Source: a bacterium (GTDB lineage Bacteria > UBA10199 > 2-02-FULL-44-16 > JAAZCA01). Taken from it: a DNA stretch of 64,000 nucleotides. Below, piece by piece: positions 17,713-27,146 of this stretch (position 1 is the stretch's first letter; every line of letters starts with the position of its first letter). A program made the translations under genes and the position numbers. The stretch covers positions 1,897 through 65,896 of the forward strand of contig JAJZQH010000003.1 in NCBI GenBank assembly GCA_021810905.1. Reading direction: 5' to 3'. The notes below the pieces were generated by a model, which made no database searches, was not told the DNA's origin, and was given only the letters and a program-made list of their open reading frames with translations.

Positions 17713-19077
17713 CTATCTCTGCTTCGCGAACATCACCGGCACCTGTATGCCGCCGCCGCTCACGTTCACCTTGAAGCCGCGGTTGGTGGCGCGCGTGATG
17801 AATCCGCCCACGTTGAAGTTGGTGAAGCGCGCACCGTCCCAGTCGTAGTGGACGTAGACGCCGACGTCTGCAATCACGCGCCTGGGTCTGGAGAGAAAAC
17901 CTGCCACGTCAATCGTATTGAGATCGATGCGATCCTGGAGAACCCAGTACTTGTGATCTTTATGAAGTATGCGCGCGAGCCGCGCTGGAATTTTTTTCCC
18001 AACAAATACGTGCTCGCCTCCCATGCCATCAGCGTACTTGAGCACGAGCCTTGAAGGACGATGGAGCGCTTCTTCTTCGTTGCCTCTCAACAATCTCGCA
18101 GGAACGATCGTATCCGCGAGCCTCTCCGCGCGCGCCTCGCCTATGAGGCGCCTGAGAATATTTTTATCCTCGAGCACGGTGAGGATCGTCTTTGGCGCTA
18201 CGAGTCCAGTGATGAACGGACTGTAGTGAGGTGTCTCGGACCGCACGAGGTCGCGGAAGAATCCCGGGGCCTCTTTCAAATCTTTGAGTTCGAAGCTGTA
18301 CGAGAGCTGGAATGCATCCGGAGGCCTTGTATTTGCTCCGATCTGCAGCTTGCCATCCCTGAGACGGACGCATTCGCGCGAGAGGAGTTTGCAATCTTCA
18401 TCGAGCTTCACCTTGAAGGCGGATGGAGAGACGAGCCGCATGTCGAGTCCGATCGCGCGCGCCTTTTTAAGGATCACCTCCTCTTCCCAGTTGTACAGCT
18501 CGTACTGGAAGCGCACGAAACGCCTGCCGAGCCTTCGCATGTTGCGCACTTCGCTCGCGGCGGTATCGAGGCATATCACCTCGCGCCTAAGTATCGGAAA
18601 GAGCTTGAGGATCGTCTCTTGAATGAACGACGAGCGGCCGGTTCCGTCGAAGCCGATATCGTTCACCTCCATGAGCTTCGGCGGATTATCGGGACTGGGC
18701 TTTCCCACCACCGCCATATCGAATCGCAGGCTGCCGATGATGCGCCGCTTTCTGTGCTTGAGCACGCCGAGCTCGCGGATCATATACTCCGAGATAGGCG
18801 TTGGCGGCAGGAGTTCCCTGATCTCGTCGGAAGGCAGCGAGAGAATCCGCATGAGCGATTCGGTGATATCGCGACACGTGCGCCTTATGACCGGAAGATA
18901 CGACGCGGGAAGGATGCGCGGGAGCGCGGAACAATCGTGATCGTTGATGCCGATGAGCCCGGAATCCGCGAACTCGTTCCACAGCTCGGCCTTGAGAGCT
19001 CTGAGGTCGCGCTCCCTGAAGAGCCTCGCGAGCTTCGATGGAAGGGCCTCGTGAAAATGACGGTGTCTTGGAAACAT
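17713..19077 (-). CDS. Circularly permuted ATP-grasp-like (glutathionylspermidine-synthase-like) protein
   Basis: ORF 17713..19077. An E-x-N type motif (KLMEVNDIGFDG) lies in the N-terminal third. A K/G-rich nucleotide-loop-like segment (LVLKYADGMGGEHVFVG) lies near the C-terminus, the reverse of classical ATP-grasp order. Assignment is by motif order only. Confidence 0.45.
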   Translation of the reverse strand: MFPRHRHFHEALPSKLARLFRERDLRALKAELWNEFADSGLIGINDHDCSALPRILPASYLPVIRRTCRDITESLMRILSLPSDEIRELLPPTPISEYMIRELGVLKHRKRRIIGSLRFDMAVVGKPSPDNPPKLMEVNDIGFDGTGRSSFIQETILKLFPILRREVICLDTAASEVRNMRRLGRRFVRFQYELYNWEEEVILKKARAIGLDMRLVSPSAFKVKLDEDCKLLSRECVRLRDGKLQIGANTRPPDAFQLSYSFELKDLKEAPGFFRDLVRSETPHYSPFITGLVAPKTILTVLEDKNILRRLIGEARAERLADTIVPARLLRGNEEEALHRPSRLVLKYADGMGGEHVFVGKKIPARLARILHKDHKYWVLQDRIDLNTIDVAGFLSRPRRVIADVGVYVHYDWDGARFTNFNVGGFITRATNRGFKVNVSGGGIQVPVMFAKQR

Positions 19078-19174
19078 GGTGCAACGTATATCTCAACGGC
19101 GGAAATTTTTCACGGATTATCATAATATCAAAACGGGGCGAGTCACCAAGGTCATCCGCCGAGCGATTGCCTCG

Positions 19175-21808
19175 CTACAGCAACTCTCTCAACACGGAAG
19201 CATATGGACCTTTCGCTATCTTTTCGAGGGCCGAATGCGAGAGCCGCCGGATCCTTTCTTTGCTCAAGCCGAGCATGCCTCCCACTTCCTCATGCGTATG
19301 ACCTGCGAGGTGGCATTGGAGCACTATGATTTTTTCCCTGTCGCTCAATCCCGATCCCTCAATCGCCATGTCGAGTTTCGTGATGGCATCGCTTCGAAGC
19401 GCGAGATGATCCGGCCCGACCTCTCCCAAATCGGTCACCCGGCCTTCCAACGTGAAATCACCATCTTCTTCGTCCAGCGGCGCAGAGAAGGAGACTTCCC
19501 GCCTTGCTGCCGCTCCCCGCTGTATCATCATTTTAAAGAGCGTCAACGAGAGCGAACGCTTGACATAGGTCTCAAAACTCGCGATCGAGGGATCATAGCG
19601 TTGCGCCAGCTTGTGGAGCTCAATCCTTCCTGCCTGGAGAAGCGCCCCAAAGCTCATGTTCGCCCCGCCAAACCTTGTCATCACGGAAGAAGCAATGCCC
19701 GCCATCAACGGCTCATAAAAAAAGATCAGGTGATCGAGTGCCTGCCGGTCGCCGGACTTGGCCATCCAGAGGAGAAGCATCTTCTCACGCTGATCCAGAA
19801 ATATTCCGCCGCCGCTCCTTCGCTTTGTCGTTATCGTCGAATAGACGTCCATCCCATAGTGCGAAAACGCCCAATCGATCATCCGCCCTTCACTTTCTGA
19901 ACCGCGCCACAGATTGCGGAGATAACCATAGAGGCCCATCAATCCCGAGTTCCTCTCTCCAACATGCGAGCGAAAATCTCCCTGCACGATGCCAGCTGCA
20001 TCCTTTGCGCCCGCTTCGCACATCATTCCAGCGAGATAAAAAGCAATGACCGAATCAGGCACGCGGCGCCAGCCCGAGAGCTTCCCGCCTCTCCGCTCAG
20101 CCAGACGAAGCTGCAGCGCAAATGGCATTTCTTCGGCTGCGGATACACCACAATAATCCAGGATTTTATCGACTACCACTCTCGAATCGTCAGGTGTCTT
20201 CCTCAGACTAAAATGCGTGTAGAGACCTTTCAGCGATTGACCGATCTCCGGGACGACCGTACTCTCCATCTCGCGACAGGAAACAAACCTAACGTGAGGC
20301 AGGCCATTGAGTTCCTGCACCCTCTCCATAAGGCGCAGAATCGTCGCGAGGGGAACCTTCTCCCACGGCCAATTCCTGTTATATCGCAAACAGAGGCACT
20401 GTTGTTCGTAGGAAAGATCTTCAAACCTCTCAACTCCGAGTTGATCGAGCATGAAATCCAGCGCAGAACCTCCGTAGCCTTCCGGAACCCTGAGCCAATA
20501 ATGTTCAAGCAAGCCTGAGAGCGTCGCGCCGAGCTCATCGAGCACGATCTCATTCAGTTTCTTACCTGGCATCGCCCTCAGATGCGGACATTTCAAACCG
20601 TTCTGCTCGGGTAAGAGTCCTCTGGCTATCTCCAGCAGTTTCACCTGCGTGGAAGCAGGCATTCTTTCCCATTTTATGAGTTCGCACTCTAGAAGACCCT
20701 TCAGCTGCACATCCCAGGGAAGGATCTCAAATGACGGAACGCCCACATCATCAAGCAGTGCATCGATTATTCTGCGGGCCTCTTTTCCCCGGTTGAGATA
20801 ATTATTATACAGTCCAATCAGTGTAGAACTGAGTTCTGGCATTTCGATGTCCCTGAAGTGGTCGAAAGTCAAAAACCTCGGATGCACAACGCCAGCCTCA
20901 TTCGCCAAGCGAAAAAGCAGATGTCGCTTAAGCTCCACGCTAATTTTATCCCAGTGGATACGCTGATAACGCAGCCCGATGAATCTCGCCTGTTCCGCCA
21001 GAGACAATTCCTCAAACCTCTGCACTCCTAAATGATCGAGCATGAAATCCACGATCCCGCCTGCACCGTGTTCGTCCGTCCACATCCGAGAATAATGTTT
21101 GTAAAGCCCTTGGCACTGCGCTTTCCATCCCGGCAACCTCATTTTGAAATGATCGAATCCCAGCAGGCGAGGATGTGGCAGGTTTTGAACCAGCGCCATC
21201 TGCTCGAGTATTCTGACCTGTGCACTGAGAGAGAGATGAGAGACATTCTTAAAGGGAGCGGAATCAACCCGCAACCGGTCGATCTCTGCCTGAATGCGCA
21301 ACTCCTCCATGGGATGATACGTGTATCGAAAGGAGCCGAGTCCGCGGGTCCCGAATTTCAGGCAGATATCAGCTATGGAGACGCTTGCCCCCTCGATCAG
21401 CGCGAGCGCCGATGCGACGAGCATCTTTGCGGGTTCGAAAGAGAGTATTCCCAGGATATGGGCGTCATGCGCGATAATGATCGCGTGAGAGGGAGAGTCA
21501 AAGCCGTGGAGTTTGAGCGCATCGCGCGTCATCGGGCTGCTCTCGTCGACAAAACGCATTGCTTGCCGATCGAGCGCCCTCCGGATCTCGGCCGGCGTCT
21601 GCCGGTGTGATCCATCTCGCTCCCCGTATTCATCCGCGGACGACGGCGTTGCAGAGTGCTCTTCGGTGTCAACGCCGCAGGATTCAAGCTCCTGGGATTC
21701 GGCGCAGGGCGGTATCTCGTCGAGGGCAGCTGTCTCTTCAGCAAGGACTAAGCTCCCCAACAGCTCCAGCTGCGAAGCGAGGTCTCCTGTAGATTGCAGC
21801 GCGGCCAT
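19175..21808 (-). CDS. Giant sigma-70-family protein: ~690-aa N-terminal extension with five ~98-aa tandem repeats plus C-terminal sigma2/sigma4 domains
   Basis: ORF 19175..21808 with AAGGGGAGG RBS. The C-terminal ~185 aa carry region 2-like (YDPSIASFETYVKRSL) and region 4 HTH-like (LSDREKIIVLQCHLAGHTHEEVGGMLGLSKERIRRLSHSALEKI) sequence. Repeat anchors GLYKHY, GLYNNY, GLLEHY, GLYTHF and GLYGYL sit at residues 234, 332, 432, 528 and 625. Confidence 0.75.
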   Translation of the reverse strand: MAALQSTGDLASQLELLGSLVLAEETAALDEIPPCAESQELESCGVDTEEHSATPSSADEYGERDGSHRQTPAEIRRALDRQAMRFVDESSPMTRDALKLHGFDSPSHAIIIAHDAHILGILSFEPAKMLVASALALIEGASVSIADICLKFGTRGLGSFRYTYHPMEELRIQAEIDRLRVDSAPFKNVSHLSLSAQVRILEQMALVQNLPHPRLLGFDHFKMRLPGWKAQCQGLYKHYSRMWTDEHGAGGIVDFMLDHLGVQRFEELSLAEQARFIGLRYQRIHWDKISVELKRHLLFRLANEAGVVHPRFLTFDHFRDIEMPELSSTLIGLYNNYLNRGKEARRIIDALLDDVGVPSFEILPWDVQLKGLLECELIKWERMPASTQVKLLEIARGLLPEQNGLKCPHLRAMPGKKLNEIVLDELGATLSGLLEHYWLRVPEGYGGSALDFMLDQLGVERFEDLSYEQQCLCLRYNRNWPWEKVPLATILRLMERVQELNGLPHVRFVSCREMESTVVPEIGQSLKGLYTHFSLRKTPDDSRVVVDKILDYCGVSAAEEMPFALQLRLAERRGGKLSGWRRVPDSVIAFYLAGMMCEAGAKDAAGIVQGDFRSHVGERNSGLMGLYGYLRNLWRGSESEGRMIDWAFSHYGMDVYSTITTKRRSGGGIFLDQREKMLLLWMAKSGDRQALDHLIFFYEPLMAGIASSVMTRFGGANMSFGALLQAGRIELHKLAQRYDPSIASFETYVKRSLSLTLFKMMIQRGAAARREVSFSAPLDEEDGDFTLEGRVTDLGEVGPDHLALRSDAITKLDMAIEGSGLSDREKIIVLQCHLAGHTHEEVGGMLGLSKERIRRLSHSALEKIAKGPYASVLRELL

Positions 21809-21882
21809 GCCTCCCCTTATACGACGCCGCGGAGATATTCAACTACCCATTAAAAATTTCCCGTGCGACCGGTAGGAATTTT

Positions 21883-23403
21883 TCACGGATTATCGGAGCG
21901 CCGTCGTCGGAAATCCTCGAGAAATTCCGCTAGAGGCATTTTGAATTCGCCTGATCCGCCGTTCGCCATCGAGTTCCGCCACATCAATCCAGCAAGGCGC
22001 TGCTGAACGCCCTCGTCCTCTATGACGAGCGCTTCCAGGAGCAGGTTGCGACCGCCTTGCGCGCAGTTCGAGAGAATGAATAAGAGCGGGGCATCATTGC
22101 GCATTTCAAGACGTTCCCGCATCTTTCGCAGATTTGCGAGCAGCGAATTGAAAACCTTCACCGCATTCTTGTTGCCGATGAAGACAATATCGCGGTTCAT
22201 CAAACCGCCCAATCCAGGGGTTTCGCCGGTTTTCAGCCAAAGCTCAAGAGAGCAGCGAAAGCCGTGCTCCCCATAGACCGTCGCAAATCCGGGTCGCAGC
22301 TCAAAGCCCGCGTACCTCATCATCTCGAAGAGCGCTACGTGGAACCCTGGTCTCCACGTATCGTCATCAAAGACGATGAGCATGGAACCGCCTTCCGAGA
22401 TCCGCCTTTCGCATCCGCACAGGAGCTCATGCATCCTGGTGAGGTACATACGATCGAATGTGTGCAGGGGATCCATCTCCCAGTCCATCGCCTCAGGGTG
22501 TACCCACGTCACCAGATCAAAGGTCTCAAGAGAGTCGCCATCATCCGCAAGGCCCTCAATAAATCCGGATTGCACCATCCCACATCCGTCTCCGGCACGG
22601 ACCTGATGAATCTTTCCCTCAGGATCGTCCCCAAGAGCGCACTGAAACTCTTTGAGATTGATCCTGGCGCCCTCCAATTTCCAACTCAAGACATCAAATC
22701 CGATAGTCTTCACGAGACCCGGAAGCGCCAGTCTCATCCCCAAATTCTCGTACCATTTCCCCGCGCCGACCGAAAGTACGGTGCGCGCCTCACACTTCTT
22801 TCCGACTTCCTGATAGAGGAGTATTTGCGCGGTATCGTAATACAATCTTGGGACGAGTTCGTCGGCGCCTCCGCCATTATAGAAATGTTGATAGAGCCTC
22901 AGCAGATCATACCGCTGCGCAGCGACAAGCTGTTCGACCGAGAAGTGATCTCTGCTTGCAGACAGTGCCCGCGGCACTGAGTCCCTCAACTCGATATTTT
23001 TTTGAATCCATTGCGGGAGTTCAATGAGATGGTTCCCCGCAGCTTGCTGCGGGGTTTCCGCCACCATCTCCCTTGAGGGGAGAGGGAAGGGTGAGGGTGA
23101 TCGTCGATGTTGCCGGTGATACCCCGCGGCTTGCCGCGGGGAGCATTCATTTTCCGGAGCCGACTGTTCGCGATCGCGCGTGACTGGCAGTCGCGGAGTA
23201 ACCGGCCCAGGCGCGCCACGATATTGATCGCCAACCGCCACATATTCCGACGCCACGTCATTCAGGCATATACCCTGACGGGAATCGGGCAGCGGTATAA
23301 TATCATCGTCGCAGACCACGAACACTTCCTCTGCACCGGATTCCTCTGCAGGCAGCCCGTCTGCCGCGGCCATTACATCGAGATTTAACGGTTTTACGGT
23401 CAT
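21883..23403 (-). CDS. Hypothetical protein with class-I SAM-methyltransferase-like core; the ORF reads through a MITE copy
   Basis: ORF 21883..23403. Good RBS (AGGAGA) before ATG 23403. Rossmann MTase-like motif series VLSVGAGKW / IGFDV / FDLVTWVHP / ISEGGSMLIVF. Residues ENECSPRQAAGYHRQH...AAGNHLIEL are encoded by the repeat at 23021-23151. Confidence 0.5.
   Translation of the reverse strand: MTVKPLNLDVMAAADGLPAEESGAEEVFVVCDDDIIPLPDSRQGICLNDVASEYVAVGDQYRGAPGPVTPRLPVTRDREQSAPENECSPRQAAGYHRQHRRSPSPFPLPSREMVAETPQQAAGNHLIELPQWIQKNIELRDSVPRALSASRDHFSVEQLVAAQRYDLLRLYQHFYNGGGADELVPRLYYDTAQILLYQEVGKKCEARTVLSVGAGKWYENLGMRLALPGLVKTIGFDVLSWKLEGARINLKEFQCALGDDPEGKIHQVRAGDGCGMVQSGFIEGLADDGDSLETFDLVTWVHPEAMDWEMDPLHTFDRMYLTRMHELLCGCERRISEGGSMLIVFDDDTWRPGFHVALFEMMRYAGFELRPGFATVYGEHGFRCSLELWLKTGETPGLGGLMNRDIVFIGNKNAVKVFNSLLANLRKMRERLEMRNDAPLLFILSNCAQGGRNLLLEALVIEDEGVQQRLAGLMWRNSMANGGSGEFKMPLAEFLEDFRRRRSDNP
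23021..23151 (-). mobile_element. MITE/REP-like three-hairpin element, copy a (inverted, inside ORF 21883..23403)
   Basis: The reverse complement aligns end to end with copies at 46752, 52424 and 55828 (aatgaatgctccccgcggcaagccgcgggg...ccccgcagcaagctgcgggg..catctcattga). Confidence 0.8.
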
Positions 23404-23471
23404 ATATCTCCTGCCCTGACGACATGGACGTTATCGCAGAATTCCTGAAAAAGTTGCTCGATATTCGCACC

Positions 23472-23631
23472 CAAATCCGACACTTGAATTATCACTCAAA
23501 TCCTCCCTCCCTTGATGGGAGGGAGTTTGAGGGAGGGTGACCATGAAGACTTTCGTCACCCAAGGAATGAGTACCACCCTCTCCCTAACCCTCTCCCATC
23601 AAGGGAGAGGGAATTTTTTGTGTCGGATTTC
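23472..23631. repeat. Palindromic hairpin-cluster element bounded by an 11-bp inverted repeat
   Basis: AAATCCGACAC (23472-23482) pairs with GTGTCGGATTT (23621-23631). Internal hairpins are CTCCCTCCC-ttgat-GGGAGGGAG, GGGTGAC..GTCACCC and CCCTCTCCC-atcaa-GGGAGAGGG. It lies between divergent genes. Confidence 0.6.
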
Positions 23632-23695
23632 AGCGCAAAAAAACCCGCAACTTCTTCCCGGCTGCAGCCGATACACGCCGTAATCGAGGAATTCA

Positions 23696-25210
23696 ATGAG
23701 CACTACATTCACTCCAGGTATCGGCGGTTTTCCCGGCGTGATTTCGCCGCAGGAAGGCGTGGATAGCGTCATCCTAACCTCTACGGGCGATTATGACTTC
23801 GCCTGCGAACGCCCGGCGGAGGATGCTGCCGGCGGAAATCTCGGACTCATCGCCATCGACCACGCGCTCGAAGATGCCGGATTTGATCCGGAAAAGATCA
23901 GCACCATCTATCGCGGGAAAAAACGCAGGCCTCATCTCGATACTGAACGTACGCGGATCGTGGAAGGAATGCGCGCATTGGGCGCCGGAGAAAAAGGCGC
24001 GGTCATAGGCATCTCCACCACGACCGACGAATATTTCAGATTTGCCCCGCTCGCAAAACTCCTCAGAATGGCGTTTCCGGACGCCACCCTCATCGCGGGC
24101 GGGGCGCACTTCGTGCGCGAGCGCATCGGCGGATTCGCGGACCCGGTAGAGACTGCGCTCATGATGGGGCTGGTTGACGCCGTTGTGGTGGGACACGCGC
24201 AGCCGTTCGTAGACCTGGTCGTCAAGCACGGAGGCAGAATCGAAGAGGTCGATGCGCCTGGCTTCTATCGGCTCGATCCTGTTTCAAAGCGCGTCACGGG
24301 TCGCGGCAAGGGGAAATTTCCCGACCTGAACAAACTCACTCTTCTCTACGATCCGGTGTCGATGGGCATCCGCACGATGCTCGCCGACGGCTGCAGAAAC
24401 GGCTGCAATTTCTGCACGGTGGCGGGCAGGCCGGTCGCGCTCTTCGATCCCGAGATCGTCGTCAGGGACTTAAGCGCCGCACTACTTGAGCATCAGGACT
24501 TTCGCATCTCGCTCTATGATTCCAATCCGCTCGAACCCGCGCTTCGGAATTTCTATCGCAGCGTCTTTCTGGCGCTTGATGAAACAAACCAGTCCCGAAA
24601 ATTCGCCTATATCGATCCTGCCACGCTGGCCCACGATTTTCTGGAATCTCTGAACACCATATCGTTCGGCACGATCTGGTCCTTCAACGCGGGCCGCGAC
24701 GCGGTAACCGAGAAGCAGGCACGCGCGATCGGCACGAGGTATAAAGGAAAATATAAGGACCAGCGGATGCTCGACGCGGAGAAGAAGGCGCTGATCGAAT
24801 TCATCGATGCCATGAAGATGCTGAAAAAGCTCTATCCCGAAGAGCCGCCGTTCGGCCTGATGCTCTCCTATATCGTGACGCCGTTTGAAACCAGGCAGTC
24901 GGCGATGGCGATGTACGAAGAGATGCGCGAGTTCCTGGCGCTGGCCGACAAATCGATCGTGTTCCGCTTCGCCGTGCATGCCCTCAGGCCCTATCCGGGA
25001 ACGACCCTCAGAAATAAATATTCGAGTGTCATCGACATGGAAGAATTCAATTTCCGCCTCGACCTGGGCGACAGGATCTCGCCGTGGAAGAAGGGCGCGG
25101 CCCCAGCCCTCGCCTTTCATCGTGCAGTGACGATGATTCCCCCGGTCAACGATCAGACAGACTACCTCAAGGCCTTCAAGCGCGCCATTAACACTCATCT
25201 TCCCCGGTGA
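23696..25210 (+). CDS. Radical SAM protein with N-terminal Rossmann/B12-binding-like domain (paralog 1)
   Basis: ORF 23696..25210 with GAGGAA RBS. CRNGCNFC (CxxxCxxC). Long blocks are shared with 31766..33244 (GGAHFVRERIGGFADPVE, GHAQPFVDLVVKH, AGRDAVTE, LSYIVTPF, PYPGT, ISPWK, C-terminal LPR). Confidence 0.7.
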   Translation: MSTTFTPGIGGFPGVISPQEGVDSVILTSTGDYDFACERPAEDAAGGNLGLIAIDHALEDAGFDPEKISTIYRGKKRRPHLDTERTRIVEGMRALGAGEKGAVIGISTTTDEYFRFAPLAKLLRMAFPDATLIAGGAHFVRERIGGFADPVETALMMGLVDAVVVGHAQPFVDLVVKHGGRIEEVDAPGFYRLDPVSKRVTGRGKGKFPDLNKLTLLYDPVSMGIRTMLADGCRNGCNFCTVAGRPVALFDPEIVVRDLSAALLEHQDFRISLYDSNPLEPALRNFYRSVFLALDETNQSRKFAYIDPATLAHDFLESLNTISFGTIWSFNAGRDAVTEKQARAIGTRYKGKYKDQRMLDAEKKALIEFIDAMKMLKKLYPEEPPFGLMLSYIVTPFETRQSAMAMYEEMREFLALADKSIVFRFAVHALRPYPGTTLRNKYSSVIDMEEFNFRLDLGDRISPWKKGAAPALAFHRAVTMIPPVNDQTDYLKAFKRAINTHLPR

Positions 25211-25408
25211 TCGGAAGATCGCTTTCTTCGATAAAGACGCACTCGCAGAGCTCCTTAAATAATTCGACTTGAATTCATTATCAGGGAGTCTAGAATCCGC
25301 CCCATTCATAACCTTTCCCGATTGTTCTCAGCTTAAACGGTTGAACTATGTATGGGCATTCAGGCGTCCAATTGTACGGGTACATGTGGCGAGAGGAGTT
25401 AACGAATC

Positions 25409-27145
25409 ATGCAGAATGCGGGCATATTCTTTGACGTCGCAGAGATCGCATCGTTTCTTGTCATCCTCACCTTACTTGTGAAGCCGCTGGGCGTCTACAT
25501 GGCGCGGGTCTTTGAGGGCGAGAAGGTCCTGCTGAGCCCCGTGATTTCCCCGATAGAGCGGCTCATCTGCCGCATCGCCGGCATCCGACGCGACGACGAG
25601 ATGGACTGGAAGCAATACGCGCTCTCCATGCTCGTCTTCAATGCATTGGGAATCGCCGTGTTACTTGCGATCCTTCTCCTGCAGGGGATGTTACCGCTGA
25701 ACCCGCAGCACCTCCCCGCGTTTTCCTGGGACCTTGCGATCAACACGGCCGTGAGCTTTGTCTCCAATACGAACTGGCAGGCCTACGGCGGCGAATCCGC
25801 CGCGAGTTACGCCACGCAGATGGCGGGCCTCACCGTGCAGAACTTCCTCTCCGCCTCAACCGGCATCGCGGTCGCAATCGCGCTCATCCGCGGGTTCGCG
25901 CGGAGATCGGCGCAGACGATCGGCAACTTCTGGCTCGATATCACAAGATGCGCGCTCTACGTCCTCCTTCCGCTGGCATTCGTATTTTCTATATTTCTCG
26001 TATCGCAAGGCGTGATCCAGAACTTCAGTCAGCCCGTGAAGGCGTCGCTCGTGGAGCAGTATCACTCATCGGAGGAAAAGGTAGTTTCCGAACAGATCAT
26101 CCCGATGGGACCCGTGGCGTCTCAGGAAGCGATCAAGATGCTTGGCACAAACGGCGGCGGTTACTTCAACGCCAACTCCGCGCACCCGTTCGAGAATCCC
26201 ACCCCGCTGACGAATTTTTTTGAAATCCTCATGATGGCGCTCATCGCCGCATCCCTCACCGCTACGTTCGGATACATGGTGGGCGACTCAAAGCAGGGCT
26301 GGGCCATCTATACTGCGATGATGATCATCTTCATCGCCGCGATCGGCATACTCTACTGGGCCGAGGCGAGCGGCAATCCCATACTGCACGGTCTTGGCGC
26401 CTACGGACCGTCGATGGAGGGAAAAGAGGTGCGCATGGGCCTCGGAGGCACAACCCTCTTCAGCGCGACGACCACCGCGGAATCTTGCGGCGCTGTAAAC
26501 GCCATGCACGATTCGCTCACGCCCGTCGGCGGCATGGTCTCGATGACGCTCATGCTCCTGGGAGAGGTGGTGCTGGGCGGCGTCGGCTCCGGCCTCTATA
26601 CCATGCTCGCATTTGCGATCACCGCGGTATTCATAGCAGGTCTCATGATCGGCAGGACGCCGGAGTATCTGGGCAAGAAGATCGAGGTCTTTGAGATCTG
26701 GTCGTCCATGACCACGATCCTCTCCGCGGGAATAGTTGTACTCGTCACCGTGGCTATTGCGCTGAGCACCGAGGCAGGGCTCTCCTCTATCATGAATCCC
26801 GGCGCGCACGGGCTCTCCGAAATCCTCTATGCTTACGCGTCGGCTGCGAATAACAACGGGAGCGCATTCGCCGGGCTCAACGCCAACACAGTCTTCTACA
26901 ATCTGACGACCGCCGCGGCTATGCTCGTGGGGAGGTTCGTACCGGCGGTTGCGGTGCTTGCGCTGTCCGGGTCGCTCGTGAAGAAGAAATACATCCCTCC
27001 GAGCGCCGGCACGCTGCCCACGCACCAGACGGCCTTCGTACTCTGGCTCGTGATCGTGGTGATGATCGTGGGCGCGCTCACGTACTTTCCCGCGTTGTCG
27101 CTGGGTCCGATCATCGAACATATAATAATGAATGGAGTCCGGTGA
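25409..27145 (+). CDS. kdpA: Potassium-transporting ATPase subunit KdpA
   Basis: ORF 25409..27145. Typical KdpA sequence ([39 protein letters not shown]). Confidence 0.93.
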   Translation: MQNAGIFFDVAEIASFLVILTLLVKPLGVYMARVFEGEKVLLSPVISPIERLICRIAGIRRDDEMDWKQYALSMLVFNALGIAVLLAILLLQGMLPLNPQHLPAFSWDLAINTAVSFVSNTNWQAYGGESAASYATQMAGLTVQNFLSASTGIAVAIALIRGFARRSAQTIGNFWLDITRCALYVLLPLAFVFSIFLVSQGVIQNFSQPVKASLVEQYHSSEEKVVSEQIIPMGPVASQEAIKMLGTNGGGYFNANSAHPFENPTPLTNFFEILMMALIAASLTATFGYMVGDSKQGWAIYTAMMIIFIAAIGILYWAEASGNPILHGLGAYGPSMEGKEVRMGLGGTTLFSATTTAESCGAVNAMHDSLTPVGGMVSMTLMLLGEVVLGGVGSGLYTMLAFAITAVFIAGLMIGRTPEYLGKKIEVFEIWSSMTTILSAGIVVLVTVAIALSTEAGLSSIMNPGAHGLSEILYAYASAANNNGSAFAGLNANTVFYNLTTAAAMLVGRFVPAVAVLALSGSLVKKKYIPPSAGTLPTHQTAFVLWLVIVVMIVGALTYFPALSLGPIIEHIIMNGVR

Positions 27146-27146
27146 C

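Noticed and set aside
21862-21876. 13-mer tgcgaccggtagg shared between 21862-21876 and 62562-62576
   Set aside because: By a simple expectation estimate, a 13-mer match is expected many times by chance in 64 kb. No flanking similarity supports it.
25211-25408. Possible c-di-AMP (ydaO/kimA-type) riboswitch in the kdpA leader
   Set aside because: Patches resemble conserved riboswitch segments: GGGAGUCUAGAAUCC, and CCCGAUUGUUCUCAGCUUAAAC versus CCCGAAUCCGACAGCUAACC. I could not build the two-fold pseudo-symmetric helices, and the highly conserved CAGCUAAC is interrupted. A cmsearch with Rfam RF00379 would decide: a hit above the gathering threshold supports it, and no hit refutes it.
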